NCBI RefSeq assembly: GCF_900167395.1
Contig: NZ_FUWK01000003.1
Coordinates: 1-32,000, forward strand
Source of the DNA: Nitrosomonas europaea
GTDB lineage: Bacteria; Pseudomonadota; Gammaproteobacteria; Burkholderiales; Nitrosomonadaceae
Direction: 5' to 3'
Length of the DNA: 32,000 bases
Translations under genes and position numbers: made by a program
The notes under the pieces: model-generated
The model's input: only the letters and a program-made list of their open reading frames with translations
The model's database searches: none
What the model was told of the DNA's origin: nothing
Part shown: piece by piece, positions 25,175 through 32,000 of the stretch
Numbering within the stretch: position 1 is the first letter of the stretch
Layout: the number at the start of each line of letters is the position of its first letter

Positions 25175-26691
25175 CAGAACTCCTTTCTACTTTGGAACAG
25201 TGTGCGGAAAGACCGCTGCATGCGGTCGCTGCTGAAACGTACAAAGGCATTCGTGATTTTTTCACGCTCGGCGGATTGACGCTGGTACAGAATGGTAATC
25301 AGCGAACCAATGCTCTGAGTGATTTCAAGCTGATGCTGTTCGTCATTGAGGTCATCGACAAATGCCTGAAGGTTGATCTGTTGAACCACGCAGTCGTTGA
25401 ACAGGCCCAGTGAATCCTGAAGTCGTTTCAATGATTTCAGCAAGCTGTCAAATGGTTCTTGTGGGAAAACAGCACTGAAGAATTCCATCGGATAGCGTAG
25501 TTTCTTGCATTCGATGCGCAACTGATGGATTTCCTGGTCTGGAGTAGCGACATTTATAGTTGCGGCGAGGCGGCAGATCTTGCGATAGCGTTTCCAGATC
25601 AGTTCACAGGCGAAATCGTAGGAGGTGCGACTGGAATTAGGTCCCGGTTTCAGTTTACGCTTCTTCGAGAACAGTTTCGTGAGCGCCTTTATCTCTTTTT
25701 TGTAGCGACCGATCTTGAGATGGATCGCCAGGCGGGCCTGTTCGTCCGTACGCCTGCTGCGCATTAGCGAAAACATTGCATCCAGCCCGCTATGCATCGT
25801 GTGGGGCACGAGAGAGTAGAAAGATTCCTGCTCCAGCAGATAGACATCAAGATCACGAAGCGGCCCCGTAGGAGTCATTAGTGCGGAAAAGCGTATTTTG
25901 AGTTGGTGAGCCTGGTCAATGTCATAGACGCCCTTGAACAGGCTCAGTATCGAGCGGATCTTGCGCAGGGCGATACGGTAGTCATGCAGGAACTCAGTAT
26001 CGAGATCATGGATGATGCCGTATTCATTCATCCGGACGATGGAGAGATAGCTGTCGATCAGATTGGTCGCCGTATCGAAGGCAGTTTCCTCTTGATGGAT
26101 CTCGATTGTCGGCTTGGCGACGTAATCGACACAAGCGTGGTCGATCATCCGATAAAGGTTACCCGCGGTCAATGGTGTCCCGCCACTGGTGCGTATGTGC
26201 GCTGTCAGATCGTCCAGCGCTTGATCGTAGCCACGTAGCCCCTGTGGCGTAATCAGTACGACTGCTTTGCCACTGATTGGCATGAGTTCCCGCAGCCCGG
26301 CTCGTGTGTGGGTTTTGCCCTCATTGTCGATCAGCGAGAGTTTTCCATTTCTCATTGTGCCCGACGCTACGGTGAGCAGCGCCCGGAGTGGTGACAGGCC
26401 CGTCAGCGCTTCCTTTACCGGCCCTTCCTGAAATCCCGTGACAAATCGGGTATCCGGTCTGGCGTGCTGGCTCAGAATTATCCCTTCCGTTGTCAACAGT
26501 TCCACCTGCTCATCAATCACGAATAACAGCCTTTGCGATTTTCGCAGGCTTTGCTCAAAGCAATCGAGGATCGCAAAACTGTATTCGTTCTCGTCCCAGT
26601 CCAGTATCGGCACCAATCCCTGAATGTCGCTACCTGCCAAATTACTCAGTTGCTCGACCGACATATAGTAATTCGCGGACTTTGAATTCAT
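25174..26691 (-). CDS. CHAD-domain protein with an N-terminal degenerate CYTH-like domain (505 aa)
   Basis: The C-terminal ~290 aa carry repeated CHAD motifs: HDYRIALRKIRSILSLF and HQLRIECKKLRYPMEFF. The N-terminal ~200 aa are beta-rich and lack ExExK. The start codon is uncertain because GGA abuts the ATG. Confidence 0.85.
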   Translation of the reverse strand: MNSKSANYYMSVEQLSNLAGSDIQGLVPILDWDENEYSFAILDCFEQSLRKSQRLLFVIDEQVELLTTEGIILSQHARPDTRFVTGFQEGPVKEALTGLSPLRALLTVASGTMRNGKLSLIDNEGKTHTRAGLRELMPISGKAVVLITPQGLRGYDQALDDLTAHIRTSGGTPLTAGNLYRMIDHACVDYVAKPTIEIHQEETAFDTATNLIDSYLSIVRMNEYGIIHDLDTEFLHDYRIALRKIRSILSLFKGVYDIDQAHQLKIRFSALMTPTGPLRDLDVYLLEQESFYSLVPHTMHSGLDAMFSLMRSRRTDEQARLAIHLKIGRYKKEIKALTKLFSKKRKLKPGPNSSRTSYDFACELIWKRYRKICRLAATINVATPDQEIHQLRIECKKLRYPMEFFSAVFPQEPFDSLLKSLKRLQDSLGLFNDCVVQQINLQAFVDDLNDEQHQLEITQSIGSLITILYQRQSAEREKITNAFVRFSSDRMQRSFRTLFQSRKEF

Positions 26692-26819
26692 TCCTTTGGC
26701 TCGCTTGAACGATCCAAATCGTTTTCGATGAGTATTTCAATAATTTTTTGCATGCTTGTTTCTTCTATGATCACGATCATCCTGATCTCCACCATGGCTG
26801 GGATCCAATCATCCGATCC

Positions 26820-26839
26820 TGTGACGCCATGACGTCACA
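26820..26839. promoter_or_regulatory. 20-bp palindrome TGTGACG-N6-CGTCACA (candidate operator)
   Basis: 18 of 20 positions are self-complementary. It contains the perfect 8-mer TGACGTCA and directly abuts the candidate -10 of the CHAD operon promoter. Confidence 0.35.
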
Positions 26840-26870
26840 TTATGATATGTGTGTGACAGATATATGACGA
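26839..26870 (-). promoter_or_regulatory. Pho-box-like element plus -10 (candidate PhoB-dependent promoter of the CHAD-ParA-CYTH operon)
   Basis: The minus strand reads TCGTCAT-ATAT-CTGTCAC (26870-26853), a 16/18 match to CTGTCATAWAWCTGTCAY. CATAAT follows 8 nt downstream (26844-26839). Confidence 0.4.
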
Positions 26871-27170
26871 GTGGACGATACAAACTGGTTCATTTTTCGA
26901 TGCTTTTTTGATGCTGCCAATTGAAATCAATATCATTGGCGTAAATGCCGGTCTCCTCCATGATGAGGAGGTACCGGGGGAGAACTCATGATTTGAATTT
27001 TCTACAGTAGCAAAGAAGAGAATGCCGGCAAGCTATCTGGCAGATAATTTGCCGGCGGATGGTTTTCCGTGAAGGATTTTGACTTTCAATGGAACGAATA
27101 TGCCAGCGTAGCAACACTACACAATCTTGAAGATCTGGCAGCAGAACCCAAGAAGAGTGGTTCCAGCAAA

Positions 27171-27659
27171 TTATTTCGGCCTGTTCTCGATTCTAGTATA
27201 CCAGCCCTGATAGACTTCATCTGGCCACAGGGATTTGATCCAGACCAGAATGTCATCGACTTCCTGATCTGCCAGTATCCCTGCCCAGCCGGGCATACGC
27301 CCTTCCCCCGGAGGACCACCGTTCAGAATGAAGTTTTTCAGCTCCTCCGTGGAATGGTGCCAGGCATGTGCTGTTCCATCCAATGGCGGGGGCGGGTATC
27401 TGCCATTCTCCAGAGGCTTGCGCCAGTCTGGAGTACCTTCCGCATTTTGCCCATGGCATGCTGCACAATTTTTCCGGAAAAGAGCCTGTCCGCGTGCAAC
27501 CTGTTCGGGGTCAAAATTGCGCGTGACCTGTTCCGGAGATAAGTCTCTGCCCAGAATCTGATCGAGTGTCAGTGTATTACCAGTCTGCCCGGTATCGCGT
27601 TGTTCCGAGCAGGCGACAATGAGAAACAGGGATACGAGCAGTAGAACTCTTGCAGGCAT
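27171..27659 (-). CDS. Mono-heme c-type cytochrome, probable lipoprotein
   Basis: Lipobox LIVA-C, heme motif CAACHG, distal Met region GRMPGW. The ATG at 27659 lies just downstream of the DUF411 stop. Confidence 0.85.
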   Translation of the reverse strand: MPARVLLLVSLFLIVACSEQRDTGQTGNTLTLDQILGRDLSPEQVTRNFDPEQVARGQALFRKNCAACHGQNAEGTPDWRKPLENGRYPPPPLDGTAHAWHHSTEELKNFILNGGPPGEGRMPGWAGILADQEVDDILVWIKSLWPDEVYQGWYTRIENRPK

Positions 27660-27663
27660 CACG

Positions 27664-28191
27664 TTATTTGAGCCTTAACACTGAGTCGGTTGTGCTGTTT
27701 TCGGATGTTTTCTCTGCTGCCCCGGATTTTCCCGGGCCATATCGGTTATAAATTTCGGTTGCACTGCGCTTATCTCCAGGTTTCCTGATCAGCAATACGT
27801 TATAGGAATCGACACGTCCGGTTTCCATACCGGGAGAACCATGTGGCATGCCGGGCGCTGATAATCCGACTGCACGGGGGCGTTCTTTCAGAAGTTGCTT
27901 GATGTCATCCGCAGGGACATGTCCTTCTATGGCGTAGCCATTGACCAAAGCGGTGTGGCATGATCCGAGCTCGGGGAGGATGCCGGCTTCTGCCCTGGCT
28001 TCATCGTTACCAATGTCGTGGATGTTGACGGTAAACCCGTTGTCGCGCATGTGATCGACCCATTTGGCGCAACAGCCGCAAGTCGGACTTTTGTACACTT
28101 CCATGGTTGCTGCAGCTGCCATGCTGGCAGCTCCTGTTAATGCAGCCGTCAGTAAGGAACGGGTAAGGAATCTGTTAAATTGTATTTTCAT
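27664..28191 (-). CDS. copG: DUF411 / CopG-family periplasmic metal-binding protein
   Basis: Signal peptide, then the CxCC motif YKSPTCGCCAKW and GMPHGSPGME. The start at 28191 forms an ATGA overlap with the upstream stop. Confidence 0.8.
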   Translation of the reverse strand: MKIQFNRFLTRSLLTAALTGAASMAAAATMEVYKSPTCGCCAKWVDHMRDNGFTVNIHDIGNDEARAEAGILPELGSCHTALVNGYAIEGHVPADDIKQLLKERPRAVGLSAPGMPHGSPGMETGRVDSYNVLLIRKPGDKRSATEIYNRYGPGKSGAAEKTSENSTTDSVLRLK

Positions 28192-28640
28192 TTGCTCTCC
28201 ACAATAATTTTGCCTCGCATTCCTTTGAAATGACCAGGGACCGGACAAGCGAAGTCAATAGTCCCTGCTTGAGTGAAATGCCATATCAACTCTTTTTCTT
28301 CGCCAGGCTCGAGTATTATTTGATTAGGTTCAGTGTGTGCGCCATGGTCGTGCTGGCGCATCATTTTTTCATGCTCTCTGAGATGTTGCATGGTATCTAT
28401 CATCATTTCATGTTTCTTTTTTCCCGTATTTTTGACGATGAATCGGATGGTTTCGCCTTGTTTGATATTGATTTCAGAAGGTGAGAAGCGGTATTCGTAT
28501 GCTTCAAGTCTGATTGTACGTGTGACGTTTTCCTGAACACCTGGTTCACCGATTGCTGCATGGCTGTGGTTTGCTGTAGCATAAGCGCCAACAGATCCCA
28601 GACAAGAAAGCATGAGGAATACGATCAAAGTTTTTTTCAT
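28188..28640 (-). CDS. Periplasmic cupredoxin-fold copper-binding protein (CopI-like) with a His/Met-rich tract
   Basis: Signal peptide. Type-1 copper ligand pattern H(EMM)...FACPVPGHFKGM. His/Met-rich HEMMIDTMQHLREHEKMMRQHDHGAH. GGAGG lies 5 nt before ATG 28640. Confidence 0.8.
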   Translation of the reverse strand: MKKTLIVFLMLSCLGSVGAYATANHSHAAIGEPGVQENVTRTIRLEAYEYRFSPSEINIKQGETIRFIVKNTGKKKHEMMIDTMQHLREHEKMMRQHDHGAHTEPNQIILEPGEEKELIWHFTQAGTIDFACPVPGHFKGMRGKIIVESK

Positions 28641-28790
28641 ATGTTCCTCCATTGTGAGCAGAAGATCGGAATTACTGGTTGTTGTTTTATTTGACCATTA
28701 ATACTACACGAACATTTCTCTGCATTCTGATCCCGTTCATTTCCATTTATTTTTCATTTGCATTCTCCGCTAGGTATACCCGGAATCCAT

Positions 28791-29735
28791 ATGGTTACAG
28801 AAACACTTTCCAGAAAGGCTGATTATAACGCCAACAAGTTGCGTAAGCGGTTGCGGCGCCTCGTTGGAACTGCTATTGCCGATTTCAACATGATCGAGAA
28901 AGGTGATCGGGTCATGGTGTGCCTGTCCGGTGGTAAGGACAGCTACGCATTGCTGGATATTCTGCGCAATCTACAGGCACATGCACCATTGGATTTTGAG
29001 TTGATTGCTGTCAACCTGGATCAGAAGCAACCAGGTTTTCCTGAACATGTATTGCCGGGCTATCTGTCAGAAATAAATATGCCCTTTCGTATCGTGGAAC
29101 AGGATACTTACAGCGTTGTAAAGCGGGTGATTGCGGAAGGGAAAACAACCTGTAGCTTGTGTTCTCGTCTGCGCAGAGGTGTGCTTTACCGGGTGGCGAC
29201 CGAGCTGGGCGCCACCAAGATTGCGCTGGGGCACCATCGGGACGATATTCTGGAGACCTTTTTTCTGAACATGTTTTACGGAGGTAAGCTGAAAGCAATG
29301 CCTCCCAAACTGGTGAGCGATGATGGATGCCATGTGGTGATCCGGCCGCTGGCGTATTGTAAGGAAAAGGATTTGGCGGCTTATGCCTGGCATGCACAAT
29401 TTCCTATCATTCCCTGTAATTTGTGTGGTTCGCAGCCGAACCTGCAGCGACAGGTGATCAAGGAAATGATGCAGCAATGGGATAAAAAATATCCCGGCCG
29501 GCTTGAAACGATGTTTACTGCTTTACAGAATATTCAACTTTCACATTTGGCGGATACCAGCCGGTATGATTTTGTCGGACTCAAACCTCACGGTATTGCG
29601 ATTGAAGAAGGTGATAAAGCGTTTGATGAAGAGCCCCTTTCCGTTATTCCGGTCGATATGGATCATGACGATGATTCCACATTCGAACCGGAGAATGAGC
29701 ATGATGGCGGGGCTGTCCAAGGCGGGGTGATATAA
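28791..29735 (+). CDS. ttcA: tRNA 2-thiocytidine(32) synthetase TtcA
   Basis: PP-loop CLSGGKDS, Cys motifs [10 protein letters not shown] and CNLCGSQ, and [11 protein letters not shown] 28791 is preferred over the TTG at 28758. Confidence 0.9.
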   Translation: MVTETLSRKADYNANKLRKRLRRLVGTAIADFNMIEKGDRVMVCLSGGKDSYALLDILRNLQAHAPLDFELIAVNLDQKQPGFPEHVLPGYLSEINMPFRIVEQDTYSVVKRVIAEGKTTCSLCSRLRRGVLYRVATELGATKIALGHHRDDILETFFLNMFYGGKLKAMPPKLVSDDGCHVVIRPLAYCKEKDLAAYAWHAQFPIIPCNLCGSQPNLQRQVIKEMMQQWDKKYPGRLETMFTALQNIQLSHLADTSRYDFVGLKPHGIAIEEGDKAFDEEPLSVIPVDMDHDDDSTFEPENEHDGGAVQGGVI

Positions 29736-29741
29736 GAATTA

Positions 29742-29770
29742 TCGATCGCTCCTGATCGACATTGTTTTTT
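29742..29770 (+). terminator. Possible intrinsic terminator after ttcA
   Basis: Stem TCGATC/GATCGA with a 6-nt loop (29742-29759), followed by CATTGTTTTTT. The stem is short. The T-run overlaps the lipA stop. Confidence 0.35.
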
Positions 29771-30713
29771 ATTCAATGCCAGCTTCGTGCGCCTGCTGAT
29801 CAGCATGGTAACTCGAACGCACCATCGGACCGCAAGCAGCATGGCTGAATCCCAGATTTGTAGCGATGCGCTCGAAGGTTTTGAAATCTTCGGGTGAAAC
29901 GTAACGCATGACGGGGTGGTGTCCTTTGCTGGGCTGCAGATATTGGCCAACAGTCAGCATATCAACCTGATGTGCGCGTAAATCGCGCATGACCTCGATG
30001 ATTTCTTCATCGGTTTCTCCCAGTCCAAGCATCAGACCGGACTTGGTCGGGATATGAGGGAAAGCTGCCTTGAAATCCTTGAGCAGCTGTAATGAATGCA
30101 TGTAATCTGCGCCCGGCCGGCATTGCTTATACAGGCGTGGTACGGTCTCCAGATTATGGTTCATCACGTCAGGCGGGCAGGCAGACAGTTTTTCCAGCGC
30201 CACTTCCAGTCTGCCGCGAAAATCGGGGACGAGAATCTCGATCCGTGTTTGTGGAGACTGGGTACGAATTGCGCGGATACAGTCTGCAAAGTGTTGCGCA
30301 CCGCCATCTCTGAGGTCATCACGGTCCACGCTGGTAATGACGACATAATTGAGCTTCAGTACCGCAATGGAATTGGCCAGGTGCATCGGCTCATCAGGAT
30401 CGGGCGCATGAGGCCGGCCGTGTGCCACATCACAAAACGGGCAGCGTCTGGTGCACAGATCACCGAGTATCATGAATGTTGCTGTGCCACGACCGAAGCA
30501 TTCCCCGATATTCGGGCAGGAGGCTTCCTCACAAACGGTATGTAATCTGTTTTCACGCAGCAGACGTTTTACTTCCAGATATTTCTGACTGTTGGATGAA
30601 CGTACACGAATCCAGGAAGGCTTGCGCAATAACTGTCCGGATTGTTCCAGATCGATTTTGACCGGGTTGCGTGCCGTTTTGGCGGCACCTCGTTGATGGG
30701 TGTCAGCGGCCAT
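29769..30713 (-). CDS. lipA: Lipoyl synthase
   Basis: [12 protein letters not shown] and radical-SAM CTRRCPFC motifs; 314 aa. Confidence 0.95.
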
Positions 30714-30732
30714 GAGTAATGGTTATCCTTTG

Positions 30733-31347
30733 TTAAACATCGGTTAGTTGATTAATGAAACTCTGTGCCAGTTTGGTGGCGAGCATCTCTTTGCAATCTG
30801 CTATGCCAAGGTCTTTTGCCTGCGTAACACGCAAACCACGATAGCCGCAGGGGTTGATCGCGGTGAAGGGCGTAAGATCCATATCGGCATTGAAGGCTAT
30901 GCCGTGATAGCAGGCTCCGCGTCTGATTTTCAGCCCCAAAGAGGCAATTTTGGCACCGTCGACGTAAACACCCGGCGCATTTTCATCGCCTTGTGCAACG
31001 ACATCATATTCGCTCAGCAAGTCTATCACGGCACCTTCCATTTTTCTGACCAGTTGTCTGATGTTCAGTCGCCAGCGATGCAAGTCCAGTAACAGGTAGA
31101 GAATGATCTGTCCCGGGCCGTGATAAGTGATTTGTCCGCCCCGGTCGGTTTTGATGACCGGGATCTGATTCGGGAAAAGCAGGTGTTCAGGTTTTCCGGC
31201 AATTCCCTGGGTGTAAACGGGCGGATGTTCCAGCAGCCAGATCTCATCCGGGGTTTCACAGGTGCGCTGGGCCGTAAAATTTTTCATGGCCTGCCAGGCA
31301 GTGAGGTACTCAGTGGTCCCCATATTTTTTACGGTAACGGTGAACAT
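30733..31347 (-). CDS. lipB: Octanoyltransferase (lipoyl(octanoyl) transferase)
   Basis: DRGGQITYHGPGQ and K.ASLG...R.G..YHG motifs. Located directly upstream of lipA. Confidence 0.9.
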   Translation of the reverse strand: MFTVTVKNMGTTEYLTAWQAMKNFTAQRTCETPDEIWLLEHPPVYTQGIAGKPEHLLFPNQIPVIKTDRGGQITYHGPGQIILYLLLDLHRWRLNIRQLVRKMEGAVIDLLSEYDVVAQGDENAPGVYVDGAKIASLGLKIRRGACYHGIAFNADMDLTPFTAINPCGYRGLRVTQAKDLGIADCKEMLATKLAQSFINQLTDV

Positions 31348-31467
31348 ATTGCCTGTTGCCCGGTTTATGATTCAGCCCGTGAAAAATCATTCAGAGCTGA
31401 GCGTTTATCTTCTTGCAGATCAATTTCATTGCAGCAATGAGCATGAAGATTATTGGTATTGAATTGC

Positions 31468-31611
31468 TTAGGAACCTCTGAAAAACTGCCTGCGTTGCTA
31501 TTTCTGCGTTAAAAATCGGCTTAAAATGCTCATTTATACGTATAAACTCCGCTTTTTCGCCGATTTTGCCTTGAACTGACTACCTCGTCGACGTTTTTCA
31601 GAGGTTCCTTA
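31468..31611. repeat. MITE-like 138-140-bp imperfect palindromic element flanked by TTA direct repeats
   Basis: Terminal IRs GGAACCTCTGAAAAAC (31471-31486) and GTTTTTCAGAGGTTCC (31593-31608). Internal mirrored AAAATCGGC/GCCGATTTT (31512-31520 and 31559-31567). Central perfect palindrome TTTATACGTATAAA (31533-31546). All share one symmetry centre at 31539/31540. TTA sits at 31468-31470 and 31609-31611. Confidence 0.7.
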
Positions 31612-31872
31612 GAGCAGCATGGTTACCATTGGATGATCATGCAGTGCCTGATAGAGAGAATCCAGTTGTGTGCGTGAAGTTGCCTGAATTGTGCAGGTCA
31701 GGCTCAGATAAGCACCATTTCTGCTGGAACGAACTTCAAGGGTGGTGTCATCAAAATCAGGTGCATAGGTTTTGACGATACTCAGAACAGACTGAGTGAA
31801 TCCCTGTTGTGACTTTCCCATGATTTTTATCGGAAAATCGCAAGGATATTCAATGAGTGATTCTTCTGTCAT
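31609..31872 (-). CDS. ybeD: YbeD-family protein (DUF493)
   Basis: IEYPCDFPIKIMG and the C-terminal L..LY..L......V.MLL pattern parallel E. coli YbeD. Syntenic with lipB and lipA. Confidence 0.85.
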   Translation of the reverse strand: MTEESLIEYPCDFPIKIMGKSQQGFTQSVLSIVKTYAPDFDDTTLEVRSSRNGAYLSLTCTIQATSRTQLDSLYQALHDHPMVTMLL

Positions 31873-31881
31873 GGGATTGTA

Positions 31882-32000
31882 TTACTGGCGTGGAGCATGC
31901 CCGCGCATGACTTCCAGCTTATATGCCTGATAGAGCCGATCCAGTTGCTGAAATACTGGCCCTGGGGTGCCATTACCGATCGGTTGTCCATCCAGCTGTG
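31882..32000 (-). CDS. Class IV aminotransferase (D-amino-acid / branched-chain type), C-terminal fragment; 5' end beyond the window
   Basis: My own translation of the minus strand gives QLDGQPIGNGTPGPVFQQLDRLYQAYKLEVMRGHAPRQ-stop. The G.GTPGPV...L...Y tail is typical of fold-type IV aminotransferases. Confidence 0.5.
   Translation of the reverse strand, partial: QLDGQPIGNGTPGPVFQQLDRLYQAYKLEVMRGHAPRQ

Noticed and set aside
23782-26691. Idea that the CHAD-ParA-CYTH genes are a genomic island integrated at tRNA-Arg
   Set aside because: There is no integrase, I could not find a direct repeat of the tRNA 3' end downstream, and the composition is similar to the flanks. An island is unsupported from this window alone.
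26919-26941. CCAATTGAAATCAATATCATTGG as an FNR/CRP-type site
   Set aside because: It does not fit TTGAT-N4-ATCAA or TGTGA-N6-TCACA. Only 5-bp outer arms pair.
26953-26970. Hairpin CTCCTC-CATGAT-GAGGAG as an intrinsic terminator of the copper operon
   Set aside because: The stem is only 6 bp and no U-tract follows on the minus strand. It is too weak to call.
27069-27542. 157-aa plus-strand ORF
   Set aside because: It lies antisense to the cytochrome c gene, which has a lipobox and a CAACHG heme motif. It has no motifs of its own, so I treat it as a shadow ORF.
28641-28790. Search for a CueR/MerR-type dyad or CopR/CusR box in the copI-like/ttcA divergent region
   Set aside because: I could not identify a convincing dyad or direct repeat by eye. 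No claim is made.
29011-29477. Minus-strand ORFs inside ttcA. The same applies to plus-strand ORFs inside lipA (30092-30545) and lipB (30748-31440).
   Set aside because: They are antisense to strongly supported housekeeping CDSs.
1-32000. CRISPR arrays, rRNA genes, and prophage or defence-island gene sets
   Set aside because: Reading the intergenic regions showed no regularly spaced direct repeats, no rRNA-like sequence, and no cluster of nuclease, helicase or methylase genes.

Overview
About 50% GC, gene-dense chromosomal DNA that looks betaproteobacterial and Nitrosomonas-like. The CYTH ORF at 23973-24428 matches my memory of the N. europaea triphosphatase NeuTTM/NE1496; that is recall, not a search result. 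Most of the window is housekeeping: radical-SAM/queD, tatD-family, ygfZ/ygfX, a UbiH-family hydroxylase, dsbC, mltA, Nif3, a DegS/AlgW-like protease, a transporter, usp, priA, a Rieske oxygenase, a DMT transporter, sirB2, homospermidine synthase, tRNA-Arg(CCG), ttcA, lipA-lipB-ybeD, and the tail of a class IV aminotransferase. The left edge is an IS5-family IS with an orfA/orfB -1 frame arrangement. It abuts a 5'-truncated, decaying serine recombinase and a small HTH gene, which together look like a mobile-element remnant. The best candidate for an undescribed system is a translationally coupled minus-strand operon at 26691-23973: a CHAD protein with a degenerate N-terminal domain, an orphan ParA/MinD-type ATPase, and a stand-alone CYTH triphosphatase. 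Upstream of it lie a 16/18 Pho-box match, a 20-bp palindrome over the predicted transcription start, and a GATC/GGA-rich leader. I read this as a possible phosphate-regulated polyphosphate-granule positioning module; that is inference. Other points of interest are a periplasmic copper-handling operon (cupredoxin, DUF411/CopG, lipoprotein cytochrome c), a 140-bp MITE-like palindrome inserted at the ybeD stop codon, a head-to-head radical-SAM/queD pair with a likely leaderless queD, and a CptA/YgfX-like gene with no SdhE partner. No CRISPR array, rRNA or prophage was seen.
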